In this document: positions 55,002-64,000 of the stretch, piece by piece
Layout: the number at the start of each line of letters is the position of its first letter
Numbering within the stretch: the stretch's first letter is position 1
Assembly (NCBI GenBank): GCA_965116885.1
Contig: OZ220741.1
Coordinates: forward strand, 448,001-512,000
DNA: 64,000 nucleotides
DNA from: Candidatus Latescibacterota bacterium
Lineage (GTDB): Bacteria; Latescibacterota; UBA2968
Reading direction: 5' to 3'
Program-made: the position numbers and the translations under genes
Notes under the pieces: generated by a model
Databases searched by the model: none
Told to the model about the DNA's origin: nothing
What the model saw: the letters and a program-made list of their open reading frames with translations, nothing else

Positions 55002-57746
55002 ATGAGCGATACAATCACCATCAGAGGTGCGCGTCAGCACAACCTCAAAAACATCGATCTGGACATCCCGCGCAACTGCCTCGTCGTCATCACCGGACCT
55101 TCGGGGTCGGGCAAATCGTCCCTGGCCTTCGACACGATCTACGCCGAAGGACAACGCCGTTATGTGGAATCGCTATCCGCTTATGCGCGGCAATTTCTCG
55201 ATCTCATGGACAAACCCGATGCCGACAGCATAGAAGGTCTCTCGCCAGCTGTGGCAATTCAGCAACGCGGCATCCCCCGCACACCGCGTTCAACAGTGGG
55301 CACCATAACCGAAGTCTATGACTATTTGCGCCTCTTATTCGCCAGAATAGGCACGCCGCATTGTCCGATATGCAGCCAGCCCATTGTGCGCCAGACCGTC
55401 GCGCAAATTGTCGATCGCGTACTCGCACTGCCCGAAGGACAACGCCTTCAGATTCTCGCGCCCCTGATCCGAAATGCCAAAGGCACCCACCTGAGTACTT
55501 TCAACCAGTTGCGCAAGGAAGGCTATCTCAGGGTACGCGTTAATGGCGAAGTTATATCACTTGACAGCGACATCGTCCTCAATAAAAACACAGCGCACAA
55601 CATCGAAGCCGTCATCGACCGCCTCGTCGTGCGCGAAAACATGGCCGCGCGCCTCGCGGACTCACTCGAAACAGCCCTCGACCTTGCCAACGGCACAGCC
55701 ACACTCGACATCATCGACGATGAGGAATGGACGTTTTCCACGCGCTTTGCCTGCACAGAAGGCCACTTTGAAATCGAAGAATTAGAACCGCGTCTCTTCA
55801 CCTTCAACAGCCCGCACGGCGCTTGTCCCACTTGCAGCGGTACGGGTACAGTTTTTGAGGTCGATCCCGACCTCGTCGTGCCCGATCCTTCAAAATCCAT
55901 TCTCGAAGGCGCGATTGCGCCCTGGGGTATTCCCAAGGGCAAACGCCAGGCAGACCAACGTCAACGCCTATCGCGCAACCTCTCATTCGATCCTTCAACG
56001 CCCTTTTCCAAGCTTTCCAAAACAATTCAAAAAACAATCCTCAGAGGAAAAACAGGCGTTATACCCGATCTTCAGAACCAATACAAAGCGGCTACCTCCG
56101 ACGAAGCACGGGAAAAAATCGAACGTTTTATGCGCGAGCAAACCTGCCCTGCCTGTCTGGGCGCGTGCTTGCGCCCAGAAGCCCTTGCCGTCACAATTGC
56201 CAATTCTACAATTGCCGACATTGCCGGCATGCCCATTGCAAAAATCGGACACTTCTTCCAAACGCTCGACCTCAAAAACAACGCGGCTGAGATCGCCGCC
56301 CCCCTCATACGCGAAATCGAAAACCGCCTCGCATTTCTCACCGATGTCGGCGTGGGGTATCTCGCGCTCAACCGCAGAGCCGCAACACTTTCGGGAGGTG
56401 AATTTCAACGCATTCGCCTCGCCACACAAATCGGAACCCGCCTCGTCGGTGTCCTCTACGTACTCGACGAACCCAGCATAGGCTTACACCCCCGCGACAA
56501 TCGCAAACTCATCGACACCTTCTGCAACCTGCGCGATTTGGGCAACTCGGTCATCGTGGTCGAACACGACCGCGAAGCCATAGAAATGGCCGATCATCTC
56601 ATCGACCTGGGACCGGGCGCGGGCGAACACGGCGGCAAAATTATCTCACAGGGACCGCCAGAAACCGTGATCGCAGACGAAAATTCTCTCACCGGCAATT
56701 ATCTCTCCGGTCGAAAAACCATCCCCCTCCCCCCCGATATCCGCCAGCCTCGCGGGCATCTCTCAATTAAGGGCGCCAGCGGACACAACTTGCAAAACAT
56801 CGATATCGATATTCCACTGGGCGTCTTTGTATGCGTCACTGGCGTATCCGGCTCGGGCAAAAGCTCGCTCATCAATCACACCCTGTATCCCGCACTCGCC
56901 CGGCAACTCCACCGCGCGAGTACAGAACCACTACCTCATAAAGCCCTTGAAGGCGTTGAACAAATCGACAAAGTCATTCGCATAGACCAATCTCCAATCG
57001 GGCGCACCCCGCGATCAAATGCCGCCACATACACGGGCCTCTTCACAGCCATACGCGAACTCTACGCCCAATTGCCCGAATCCAGAGTGCGCGGTTATGG
57101 TGCCGGACGCTTCAGCTTCAACATCAAAGGCGGGCGCTGCGAAGCCTGCCAGGGCGACGGCGTGCGCCGCATTGAAATGCACTTCCTCCCCGACGTATTC
57201 GTCACCTGCGACGTATGCGGCGGCAGCCGATACAACAGAGAAACCCTTGAAATTCGGTACAAAGGCAGTTCAATTGCCGACGTCTTAAACCTCACAGTAA
57301 ATCGCGCCCGCACCTTCTTCCGCAATATCCCGGCGGCGCAGCGACAACTCAAATCACTCGCCGACGTGGGCCTGGGTTATCTCCGCCTCGGTCAACCGGC
57401 CACATCCCTCTCTGGCGGAGAAGCACAGCGCGTCAAACTCGCAACCGAACTGGCGAGAACCGCCACGGGCAAAACGCTTTACCTCCTCGACGAACCCACC
57501 ACGGGCTTGCACTTTGACGACATCCGCGTCCTCATCGAAGTCCTCGACCGCCTCGTTGACCGCGGCAACACCGTCCTCGTCATAGAACACAACCTCGACG
57601 TGATCAAACGCGCAGACTGGGTCATCGACCTCGGACCCGACGCAGGCGAAAACGGCGGCCACATTGTCGCAACCGGCACGCCAGAGACCATCGCCCAAAA
57701 TCCATCTTCTCACACGGGCTGTTTCCTCAAAGAGTATCGCGGATGA
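55002..57746 (+). CDS. uvrA: Excinuclease ABC subunit A
   Basis: [38 protein letters not shown], two LSGGE motifs, zinc-finger Cys pairs. Confidence 0.97.
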   Translation: MSDTITIRGARQHNLKNIDLDIPRNCLVVITGPSGSGKSSLAFDTIYAEGQRRYVESLSAYARQFLDLMDKPDADSIEGLSPAVAIQQRGIPRTPRSTVGTITEVYDYLRLLFARIGTPHCPICSQPIVRQTVAQIVDRVLALPEGQRLQILAPLIRNAKGTHLSTFNQLRKEGYLRVRVNGEVISLDSDIVLNKNTAHNIEAVIDRLVVRENMAARLADSLETALDLANGTATLDIIDDEEWTFSTRFACTEGHFEIEELEPRLFTFNSPHGACPTCSGTGTVFEVDPDLVVPDPSKSILEGAIAPWGIPKGKRQADQRQRLSRNLSFDPSTPFSKLSKTIQKTILRGKTGVIPDLQNQYKAATSDEAREKIERFMREQTCPACLGACLRPEALAVTIANSTIADIAGMPIAKIGHFFQTLDLKNNAAEIAAPLIREIENRLAFLTDVGVGYLALNRRAATLSGGEFQRIRLATQIGTRLVGVLYVLDEPSIGLHPRDNRKLIDTFCNLRDLGNSVIVVEHDREAIEMADHLIDLGPGAGEHGGKIISQGPPETVIADENSLTGNYLSGRKTIPLPPDIRQPRGHLSIKGASGHNLQNIDIDIPLGVFVCVTGVSGSGKSSLINHTLYPALARQLHRASTEPLPHKALEGVEQIDKVIRIDQSPIGRTPRSNAATYTGLFTAIRELYAQLPESRVRGYGAGRFSFNIKGGRCEACQGDGVRRIEMHFLPDVFVTCDVCGGSRYNRETLEIRYKGSSIADVLNLTVNRARTFFRNIPAAQRQLKSLADVGLGYLRLGQPATSLSGGEAQRVKLATELARTATGKTLYLLDEPTTGLHFDDIRVLIEVLDRLVDRGNTVLVIEHNLDVIKRADWVIDLGPDAGENGGHIVATGTPETIAQNPSSHTGCFLKEYRG

Positions 57747-57835
57747 CGCGGATTAACGGATGACACGGATTAAACCTGGATGGTTGAGATATTGCCCATC
57801 TCGATCATCTGTCTTGCCTAATGTCAGTTAAAAAG

Positions 57836-57872
57836 AAAAAAGCGCTCCATAACTTACTGGAACGCTTTTTTT
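57836..57872. terminator. Bidirectional terminator
   Basis: aaaaaagcgctcca-N8-tggaacgctttttt between convergent uvrA and rfbB. Confidence 0.7.
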
Positions 57873-57888
57873 CACAGATCTCCGCCAC

Positions 57889-58902
57889 CTATTTCCGCTC
57901 ATCGTACTGCCGTCTGTAATATTCTCGATAACTCTCACTCTCTCGAATTTTTCGCCACCAATCTTCATTGCCCAGATACCATTCAACCGTCAGGCGCAAC
58001 GACTCTTCAAAATTGTACTTCGGCTTCCATCCCAGCGCCATAATTTTTGACGCATCCAGAGAATACCGCATATCGTGCCCGGGTCGATCGGCCACATGCG
58101 CCATCAAATCTCTGGGCTTCTCCAAATACTCCAGAATTTTTTCCGCAACAGAAAGACCATCCGCTTCATTCTCACCCCCCACATTATACGCCTCGCCCTG
58201 CGCGCCCTTGTGTAGCACCAGATCAATCGCCTCGCAGTGATCCGTCACATAGAGATGATCGCGAATCGCCGTCCCTGCGCCATATACGGGCAATGCAATA
58301 TCGTCCATCGCATTGGTAATATAAATGGGCACGCGCTTTTCGGGATATTGAAACCCCCCAATATTATTGGACGCGCGCGTAATCACCACGGGCAAATTGT
58401 ATGTAATGGCAAATGCCCGCGCCATCATATCTCCAGACGCCTTCGCCACCGCATAGGGATTGCGCGGTGCAATCGGCGCATCCTCGGTCCACGGATCTTC
58501 GTCCTCTCCCAAAGACCCATACACCTCATCGGTACTCACCTGCAAAAACCGCTCAACACCGCAATCTCGCGCTGCAGCGAGCAGCGTGTACACACCCAGC
58601 GCATTGGACTTCATAAACTCCTCGGCACCCATAATGCTCCGATCCACATGGCTCTCCGCCGCAAAATTCACTACCAGATCAACCCGCTGCATCAAATCAT
58701 TGACCAACCCGGCATCGCAAATATCCCCCCGTACAAATTCATATCGGGAACTGTCCGCAACATCCAGCAAATTGTCCAGATTGCCCGCGTACGTCAGCTT
58801 GTCCAGATTGATAACGCGATAATCGCGATACGCATCGAGAACATATCGCACAAAATGGCTGCCGATAAACCCGGCACCGCCTGTAATGAGCATTGTCTTC
58901 AA
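57889..58902 (-). CDS. rfbB: dTDP-glucose 4,6-dehydratase
   Basis: ITGGAGFIGS, LDKLTYAGN, FAAESHVDRSI, VSTDEVYG, YAVAK, DRPGHDMRY. Confidence 0.93.
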   Translation of the reverse strand: MKTMLITGGAGFIGSHFVRYVLDAYRDYRVINLDKLTYAGNLDNLLDVADSSRYEFVRGDICDAGLVNDLMQRVDLVVNFAAESHVDRSIMGAEEFMKSNALGVYTLLAAARDCGVERFLQVSTDEVYGSLGEDEDPWTEDAPIAPRNPYAVAKASGDMMARAFAITYNLPVVITRASNNIGGFQYPEKRVPIYITNAMDDIALPVYGAGTAIRDHLYVTDHCEAIDLVLHKGAQGEAYNVGGENEADGLSVAEKILEYLEKPRDLMAHVADRPGHDMRYSLDASKIMALGWKPKYNFEESLRLTVEWYLGNEDWWRKIRESESYREYYRRQYDERK

Positions 58903-58988
58903 ATTTTTCTCCGTTCATGCGGGTTAAGAGGATATGCGTTGCTTGTCGAAAGTGTTGGTGATAATTCCACCTTTTTTATCTTTGTTCT

Positions 58989-59160
58989 GCCTTCGGCGAC
59001 TTCATTTTTTTGCGCGCCCAAAAAAATAAAGGAAAAAAAGGGCGCCCCTGCGGGGGGCTGGCACAGCGCAAACCGTTTTTGTGATAGTACGACATGCGGT
59101 GGCCTGCACAGTTGGAATGCCATAAAGATGTCCGCTGCGAGACGGACTCGCGCGCTGTGC
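58989..59160 (-). other. Highly structured intergenic element (ncRNA or MITE/REP-like)
   Basis: Nested stems GCACAGCGC/GCGCTGTGC, CCGT/ACGG, GACAT/ATGTC and TGGC/GCCA, then a GC hairpin with T7 and an A/T-run hairpin. Confidence 0.45.
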
Positions 59161-59204
59161 GTGATGACTTTAACTGATTTTTGAAATGGTGTGTTTTGAA
59201 ATAG

Positions 59205-59399
59205 CTAATCTGAATACACCGTTTCCGTACCTTTTTGGACGCCCTCCAATAAGTCTGCGGCAAGGTAGTAATCCTCCACATCCTCAAGACCGCGTTTAAT
59301 AATCTCCTTGAGAAAGAAATCCTTGCTGCGCCCTGTTCGCGCCACGAGGGAATCAATTCGTTTCTCTGCTTCGGAAGCCAGTTGAATAGTACTCGCCAT
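59205..59399 (-). CDS. RHH (RelB/CopG-like) antitoxin, probably C-terminally truncated, orphan
   Basis: MASTIQL..EAEKRIDSLVARTGRSKDFFLKEIIKRGLEDVEDYYLA with GAGGAG RBS. Confidence 0.75.
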   Translation of the reverse strand: MASTIQLASEAEKRIDSLVARTGRSKDFFLKEIIKRGLEDVEDYYLAADLLEGVQKGTETVYSD

Positions 59400-59556
59400 A
59401 TTGCCATCTCCTCTAAACGTCTCAAAATAGACACGATACCGATCTGGCATCGCCATCATTTCATACACGTTTTCTTCCAGTTGGTTCAACATAAAATTTT
59501 GAGTAATAGTCGCAGAGTGTCGAATGTCTATATGTTTGGAGAATTTTCAAACTTAA

Positions 59557-59826
59557 TCAATAGGCGGGTTGTACACGCAATACGTCTGCCGGATCGCTTT
59601 GCTGGATTTGTTCGCTATAGGCTGTCTTGCGGCGTTGCCAAATTTCGTAAATACCTTTCCACCGACTAAAATCTGTTCGGGTTTCGTCAAAATCGTCGTA
59701 GCACGATAATTTTCCCGCCATTAAACTGTCGTAAAAATCCTGGCTGAGAATCCCGTATTTTTCCTCGTAAAGCGTGAGTCTCCGTTCAAGCTGCTTCATT
59801 TCAAGAACGAGTTCATGAAGTTCCAT
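59557..59826 (-). CDS. Small antitoxin-like hypothetical protein
   Basis: LERRLTLYEEKYGILSQDFY..GKL..D..RWKG motif, recalled as typical of DUF6516-associated partner proteins. Confidence 0.6.
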   Translation of the reverse strand: MELHELVLEMKQLERRLTLYEEKYGILSQDFYDSLMAGKLSCYDDFDETRTDFSRWKGIYEIWQRRKTAYSEQIQQSDPADVLRVQPAY

Positions 59827-59952
59827 TGTGATTTCTCGAAACATTATTGACATTGTAGGTTTTTAATAGCTATATTTTTCAGCCCCAATGCTTCTTTTAA
59901 GGATACGCTCTTTTTTTCAATATACCTCATAAAATCCGGTAGGAGCTAAAAC

Positions 59953-60186
59953 ATGAAACACATTATTTCAGATCCAGAGATTCTGGGTGGTAAACCAGTT
60001 ATTGAAGGCACGCGATTGAGTGTTGAGCATATTTTAGGCTTACTTGCGCGCAATATGTCACATCGAGAAATCGTGGAGGCGTATCCAGTATTAACAGTTG
60101 AAGACGTGAATGGTGTTTTGGAATACGCTGCAAAGGCATTGCAAAACGATATTGTGATTGATGTCAAAATGGCTTCAGGAGTCTAA
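59953..60186 (+). CDS. DUF433 domain antitoxin-like protein
   Basis: IISDPEILGGKPVIEGTRLSVE.IL..EIVEAYPVLT.EDV. Confidence 0.9.
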   Translation: MKHIISDPEILGGKPVIEGTRLSVEHILGLLARNMSHREIVEAYPVLTVEDVNGVLEYAAKALQNDIVIDVKMASGV

Positions 60187-60189
60187 CGT

Positions 60190-60222
60190 ATGTTGCCACC
60201 TCTTGTGGCGGATATGAATATC
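60190..60222 (+). pseudogene. 5' stub of a DUF5615 PIN-like toxin
   Basis: MLPPLVADMNI directly after DUF433, then the RBS of the next gene. Confidence 0.5.
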
Positions 60223-60241
60223 GGGATTAAGGAGATACATA

Positions 60242-61027
60242 ATGGGAAATCTGACTCCTTACTCAATGCTCAGTGACGAACAGGTCGAAGCATTCTTTGA
60301 AATTGGATTCGTCATCGTACCGGACGTCTTTACACCAACCGAAATCGAAGAAATGCGAGCCGGATTTGACCGGCTGCAAAAAATGGCCTACGCGCTATCG
60401 GAACCCGGGATCCACAACGGCTCTGATTTTGCCATAGAAAGAAAGGAATCGGGACAGGTCATCATTCACCGCATCTCCTGGTGTGGGGCGGCCGAACCCG
60501 TGCTGCTCGCTTATGGCAAAGACCTCCGCCTCCTCGGCATGGCGAGCCAGTTGCTGGGCAGCAATGAAATGAACCAGTTAATCAACCAGGCCCACTTCAA
60601 AATACCCGGCGACAACGTCGCATTTCCGTGGCATCAGGACAGCGAACATCGCGGATATGGAAAACCCTGGTGGAAGGACGTCAATGGACGCGGCAGCTTT
60701 GTCCAGCAAGCCATCGCCATTGACGATGTAACCGAAAAAAGTGGACCTCTGAAATTCATCCCCGAGAGTTGCAAATTGGGACACCTGGGCCTGCTGAGTC
60801 GCAGCGAAGAAGAATACCCGGCGCTCTTCGACCCCGACGACGCTATCACGGGGATCATGAAAGCCGGCAGCGTAGCCCTATTCAACCCTTATGTCATCCA
60901 CGGCAGCGAACCGAACCGCTCGCAGAAATCGCGGCGCGTCTTTATAAACGGCTATGCCTACCCGGGCGCCAACTCGAGAACCTATCCCGGAAGGGGTGCT
61001 GGCAGACTCTTGAAGATCACCGACTAA
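60242..61027 (+). CDS. Phytanoyl-CoA dioxygenase (PhyH) family protein
   Basis: LSDEQVEAFFEIGF, FPWHQD, GPLKFIPES, HGSEPNRS..RR. Confidence 0.9.
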   Translation: MGNLTPYSMLSDEQVEAFFEIGFVIVPDVFTPTEIEEMRAGFDRLQKMAYALSEPGIHNGSDFAIERKESGQVIIHRISWCGAAEPVLLAYGKDLRLLGMASQLLGSNEMNQLINQAHFKIPGDNVAFPWHQDSEHRGYGKPWWKDVNGRGSFVQQAIAIDDVTEKSGPLKFIPESCKLGHLGLLSRSEEEYPALFDPDDAITGIMKAGSVALFNPYVIHGSEPNRSQKSRRVFINGYAYPGANSRTYPGRGAGRLLKITD

Positions 61028-61956
61028 CGGCCAATCTGAGCCATCTCCCGGTCCTCCTCAAGCGCACGGGCTATCGCTTGACGCACATTTAGAGGACGGA
61101 CGGGAAAACGCTCGCGCGCACCGTCATCTCGAACAATCGTCTCATTGCGCAAACTGTCGATAAGCTTCTTACCCACCCGCGCATAAAGAGGCGTCACCAG
61201 CCACAACCACAAACTGGAAAGACGAGGACTCAAAAAAGGAACCGGAATCATAAGACGCCGCACGCCGATCTGGCGGGCATATTCCCGCATCAACCCGCCG
61301 TAGGACACCTGTTGAGGCCCCCCAATCTCAAAAACCGCGCTACCCTCCCCCTCCATATCCAGACCATGGATCAAATAAGCAATCACATCCGCAATCGCAA
61401 TCGGCTGGGTTGGCGTGCGGACCCAGCTCGGCGTAATCATAATCGGCAACTTATTGACCAGACTCCGCACCATCTCAAAAGACAGCGACCCCGAACCAAT
61501 AATAATAGAAGCCCGAAACTCCAGCGTTGCAGGTCCCTCCGAAGCCAGAATATTACCCACCTCCTGGCGACTCGCCAAATGAGAAGAAAGCTGGCGATCC
61601 CCAACCAGACCCCCCAGATAAATAACGCGCCGAACTCCTTGCTGCAGCGCGGCGCGAGCAAAATTTTGTGCCCCAACGCGGTCCTGCTCCTCAAAATTGG
61701 CTCTGGACCCCATAGAATGCACCAGATAGTACGCCGTATTCACCCCTTCCAGAGCAACCCTCAGCGAATCCCGATCCAGCACATCCCCTGCGACAATCTC
61801 GGTATCGGAACAAAACCGACCCATCAGATACTGGGGATTGCGAGCCAGACACCGCACGCGCGCGCCCCTCTCTTCAAGCGCCGGAACCAGCCGCCCCCCA
61901 ACATACCCACTGGCCCCCGTCACCAGCACGAGCTTGTCTTTTTCCCTATCAGACAT
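61024..61956 (-). CDS. YbjT-like NAD(P)-binding atypical SDR, lacking the usual C-terminal domain
   Basis: VLVTGASGYVGGRLV, AYYLVHSM, SSHLASRQEVG, IIIGSGSLSFE. Confidence 0.82.
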   Translation of the reverse strand: MSDREKDKLVLVTGASGYVGGRLVPALEERGARVRCLARNPQYLMGRFCSDTEIVAGDVLDRDSLRVALEGVNTAYYLVHSMGSRANFEEQDRVGAQNFARAALQQGVRRVIYLGGLVGDRQLSSHLASRQEVGNILASEGPATLEFRASIIIGSGSLSFEMVRSLVNKLPIMITPSWVRTPTQPIAIADVIAYLIHGLDMEGEGSAVFEIGGPQQVSYGGLMREYARQIGVRRLMIPVPFLSPRLSSLWLWLVTPLYARVGKKLIDSLRNETIVRDDGARERFPVRPLNVRQAIARALEEDREMAQIGR

Positions 61957-62248
61957 TGCTTTACCCGCGTCATAAGAGTGGAATATTGAAAGTTTATCTA
62001 TGTGGACGCCTCAATAGACAAAAGCGTTTCGATTATAGCACCTTCTGAAACGCATTCTGCAGGTACAGATTCAGGCGTTTTGGATCAAAAGGCAATATAT
62101 ACCAAAAAATTGAAAAAGGAGATAAACTAATATTTTATTGTAGATAAATTATTGATATATATTGCTATAGTCTAAAATTGTGACATGATAAAAAAATAAA
62201 TAATATTTATAACCCAATGATAAAATAGAAATTTAAACGAAAAATTGC

Positions 62249-62278
62249 TTGACATTCCAATAAATATAATCTTATCAT
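62249..62278 (+). promoter_or_regulatory. Sigma70-type promoter in an AT-rich tract
   Basis: TTGACA-18 bp-TATCAT. Confidence 0.5.
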
Positions 62279-62353
62279 TTCTATAAATTTTACAAATAGA
62301 AGTTTAGCCTACAGCAGTGAGCCAGTCTATCAAAACCAAAAGGAGGGCAGACA

Positions 62354-63073
62354 TTGAAGCTACTCAAAGTATTGACAATGTGCGGGCTAATGTGTCTCGC
62401 TTTCAATAGCAAAGCCCAGGAGGCACATGCCCAGGACAAGACCCAATGGCGGCTGGGTTTGGGAGGATATTGGAGCCTCAACGTGCCATTAATGGGTCTG
62501 AGAGATCGGGTCACCGATGCCGGGAAGATAGGGGGAACACTCAGCTATGTGATGTCCCCCAGAACGATCATGGAATTGGAGTGCTATTACGCCAAGTTTA
62601 ACAACGGAAAGCTCGAGGACCTGGAATTTGTCTGGCCGGTAGATGGCAATTCCTATGGCAGCCCTCAAGCGCTATCGGAGATGACACTCAAAAGTGCCAT
62701 CTTGAACTTGGTGTTGCACTCATCCAGCGATCGCGCCTTCACGCGCGGTGGTATTTCTCCCTATCTCGCTTTCGGCGTCGGATTTTACGACTACGATTTT
62801 TACAATGAAAATCTGGTCTTTGGCGCGCAGACCTCACCGCCGCTCGACACAACCCTCGTCCTTCACCCCTTCAGCGATACGCGCACGGCCTTGAGTTTCA
62901 ACCTCGGCCTTGGTGCTCAAGCCTTCATTATCGAAAACTGGGCATTGGATGTGCGGGCGCGGTACAACATGATGATAGGCGAACTGCGCGAGGTCGTACA
63001 ATACAACATCGGACACACATTTCCGATCCAGCTATTCGATATAAATGCGGGAATAAAATTCTATTTCAAATAG
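62354..63073 (+). CDS. Outer-membrane beta-barrel protein
   Basis: Signal peptide, SPYLAFGVGFY, FNLGLG, WALDVRARY, C-terminal AGIKFYFK. Confidence 0.82.
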   Translation: MKLLKVLTMCGLMCLAFNSKAQEAHAQDKTQWRLGLGGYWSLNVPLMGLRDRVTDAGKIGGTLSYVMSPRTIMELECYYAKFNNGKLEDLEFVWPVDGNSYGSPQALSEMTLKSAILNLVLHSSSDRAFTRGGISPYLAFGVGFYDYDFYNENLVFGAQTSPPLDTTLVLHPFSDTRTALSFNLGLGAQAFIIENWALDVRARYNMMIGELREVVQYNIGHTFPIQLFDINAGIKFYFK

Positions 63074-63086
63074 TAAGGAGGTCTTG

Positions 63087-64000
63087 ATGAATCAGCCCAA
63101 ATCAGTTGTACTTTCTGTATTCGCGACCGGGCTATTGACCTTTGTGCTGGGTTTAATGCTATCCGGACCCGTCCTGGCGGGAACAACGGGCAAAATAACC
63201 GGTCAGGTCCTGGACCCAGACGGCAGCCCCCTCCCCGGATCAAACCTGGTTATTGAGGGTACGCAGCGGGGGGCAACAGCCGACGCGGAAGGAAATTACG
63301 TCATCCTGCTCGTGGAACCGGGAATGTACACAATGACGGCAAGCCTGGTCGGCTACACACCTCGGACCAAGACGCAGGTGCGAGTAAATGCAGACTTTAC
63401 CACGACCGTAAATTTCACGCTACCGCCAACAGTATTAGAAATGGAAGTCCTGACCGTAGTGGCGGAGCGGCCCCCAGTGGAGCCAGACAAAACATCCAGC
63501 AAATATGTCATCGACGCCAGTGATATTGAGGCACTCCCCCTGATTCGAGGCTTCGACGATCTGATTGAGCTTCAGGCAGGGGTCTCGAACGACGGACGGC
63601 AGCGGATCCGAGGAGGCGATACATACGAGGCCGGAGATGTCACCTACTACCTGGATGGCATCAAGATTGTCAACAACGACACCGGCTGGGACAGGTCTCG
63701 CTACTTCCAGGGATTCAACAACAGCGCCATCCAGGAACTAACGGTTGTGACCGGCGGTATGGAAGCCGAATACGGCAACGCACAGGGCGGCGTCATCAAT
63801 ATCGTAACCAAATCGGGCGGAAAGGACATAGGGGGGCGGCTCGAATACCGTTTTACGCCATCTACCCAAAGGCACTGGGGAGATAATGTATATGACTCTC
63901 CAGTGCATCGAGACCGCATGAAATTCGACGACATTGAATGGGTAAACGAAATTGATCCCCTGACCGGCCGCCTCGTCCACCAGAGGACAAACTACTCAGA
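63087..64000 (+). CDS. TonB-dependent receptor (5' part, runs off the window)
   Basis: AAGGAGG RBS, MNQPKSVVLS..AGTTGKITGQV..GATADAEGNY..VVAERP..IQELTVVTGGMEAEYGNAQGGVINIVTK. Confidence 0.88.
   Translation, partial: MNQPKSVVLSVFATGLLTFVLGLMLSGPVLAGTTGKITGQVLDPDGSPLPGSNLVIEGTQRGATADAEGNYVILLVEPGMYTMTASLVGYTPRTKTQVRVNADFTTTVNFTLPPTVLEMEVLTVVAERPPVEPDKTSSKYVIDASDIEALPLIRGFDDLIELQAGVSNDGRQRIRGGDTYEAGDVTYYLDGIKIVNNDTGWDRSRYFQGFNNSAIQELTVVTGGMEAEYGNAQGGVINIVTKSGGKDIGGRLEYRFTPSTQRHWGDNVYDSPVHRDRMKFDDIEWVNEIDPLTGRLVHQRTNYS

Noticed and set aside
59060..59100. c-di-GMP-I riboswitch (GCACAG.GCAAACC-like start)
   Set aside because: It lacks the GNRA tetraloop/receptor and the GGGACGCAAAGC core.
62175..62200. 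CRP-like site (TGTGA)
   Set aside because: The second half-site TCACA is absent.

Overview
Mostly core chromosome of a diderm bacterium (TonB-dependent receptors, LptE; the EF-hand/dockerin-like surface-protein tail, two PhyH dioxygenases and the divergent 16S suggest a Latescibacterota/PAUC34f-like lineage, which is inference only). It holds one complete rRNA operon (16S-tRNAIle-tRNAAla-23S-5S), tRNA-Arg(UCG), ilvB, pheS/pheT, form-II coxSLM-coxG, cysK, rimI-tsaB, ruvCAB, yebC, prpBCD, an EF-G2-like gene, hemL, uvrA, rfbB, toxin-antitoxin modules and relics, and dispersed GTAG-type REP palindromes. The main features the ORF track misses are: (1) a 750-aa secreted selenoprotein split at an in-frame UGA (UxxC thioredoxin-fold domain, five Ig-like repeats, EF-hand/dockerin-like tail) with an E. 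coli fdhF-like SECIS hairpin; (2) a complete Phe-specific T-box riboswitch controlling an archaeal-type PheRS operon in a Gram-negative organism; (3) an Ile/Val/Leu/Thr-rich leader-peptide attenuator upstream of ilvB; (4) a membrane-anchored ECF sigma factor ending in a T9SS/FlgD-like Ig domain. All family assignments come from reading motifs by eye; no database searches were run.
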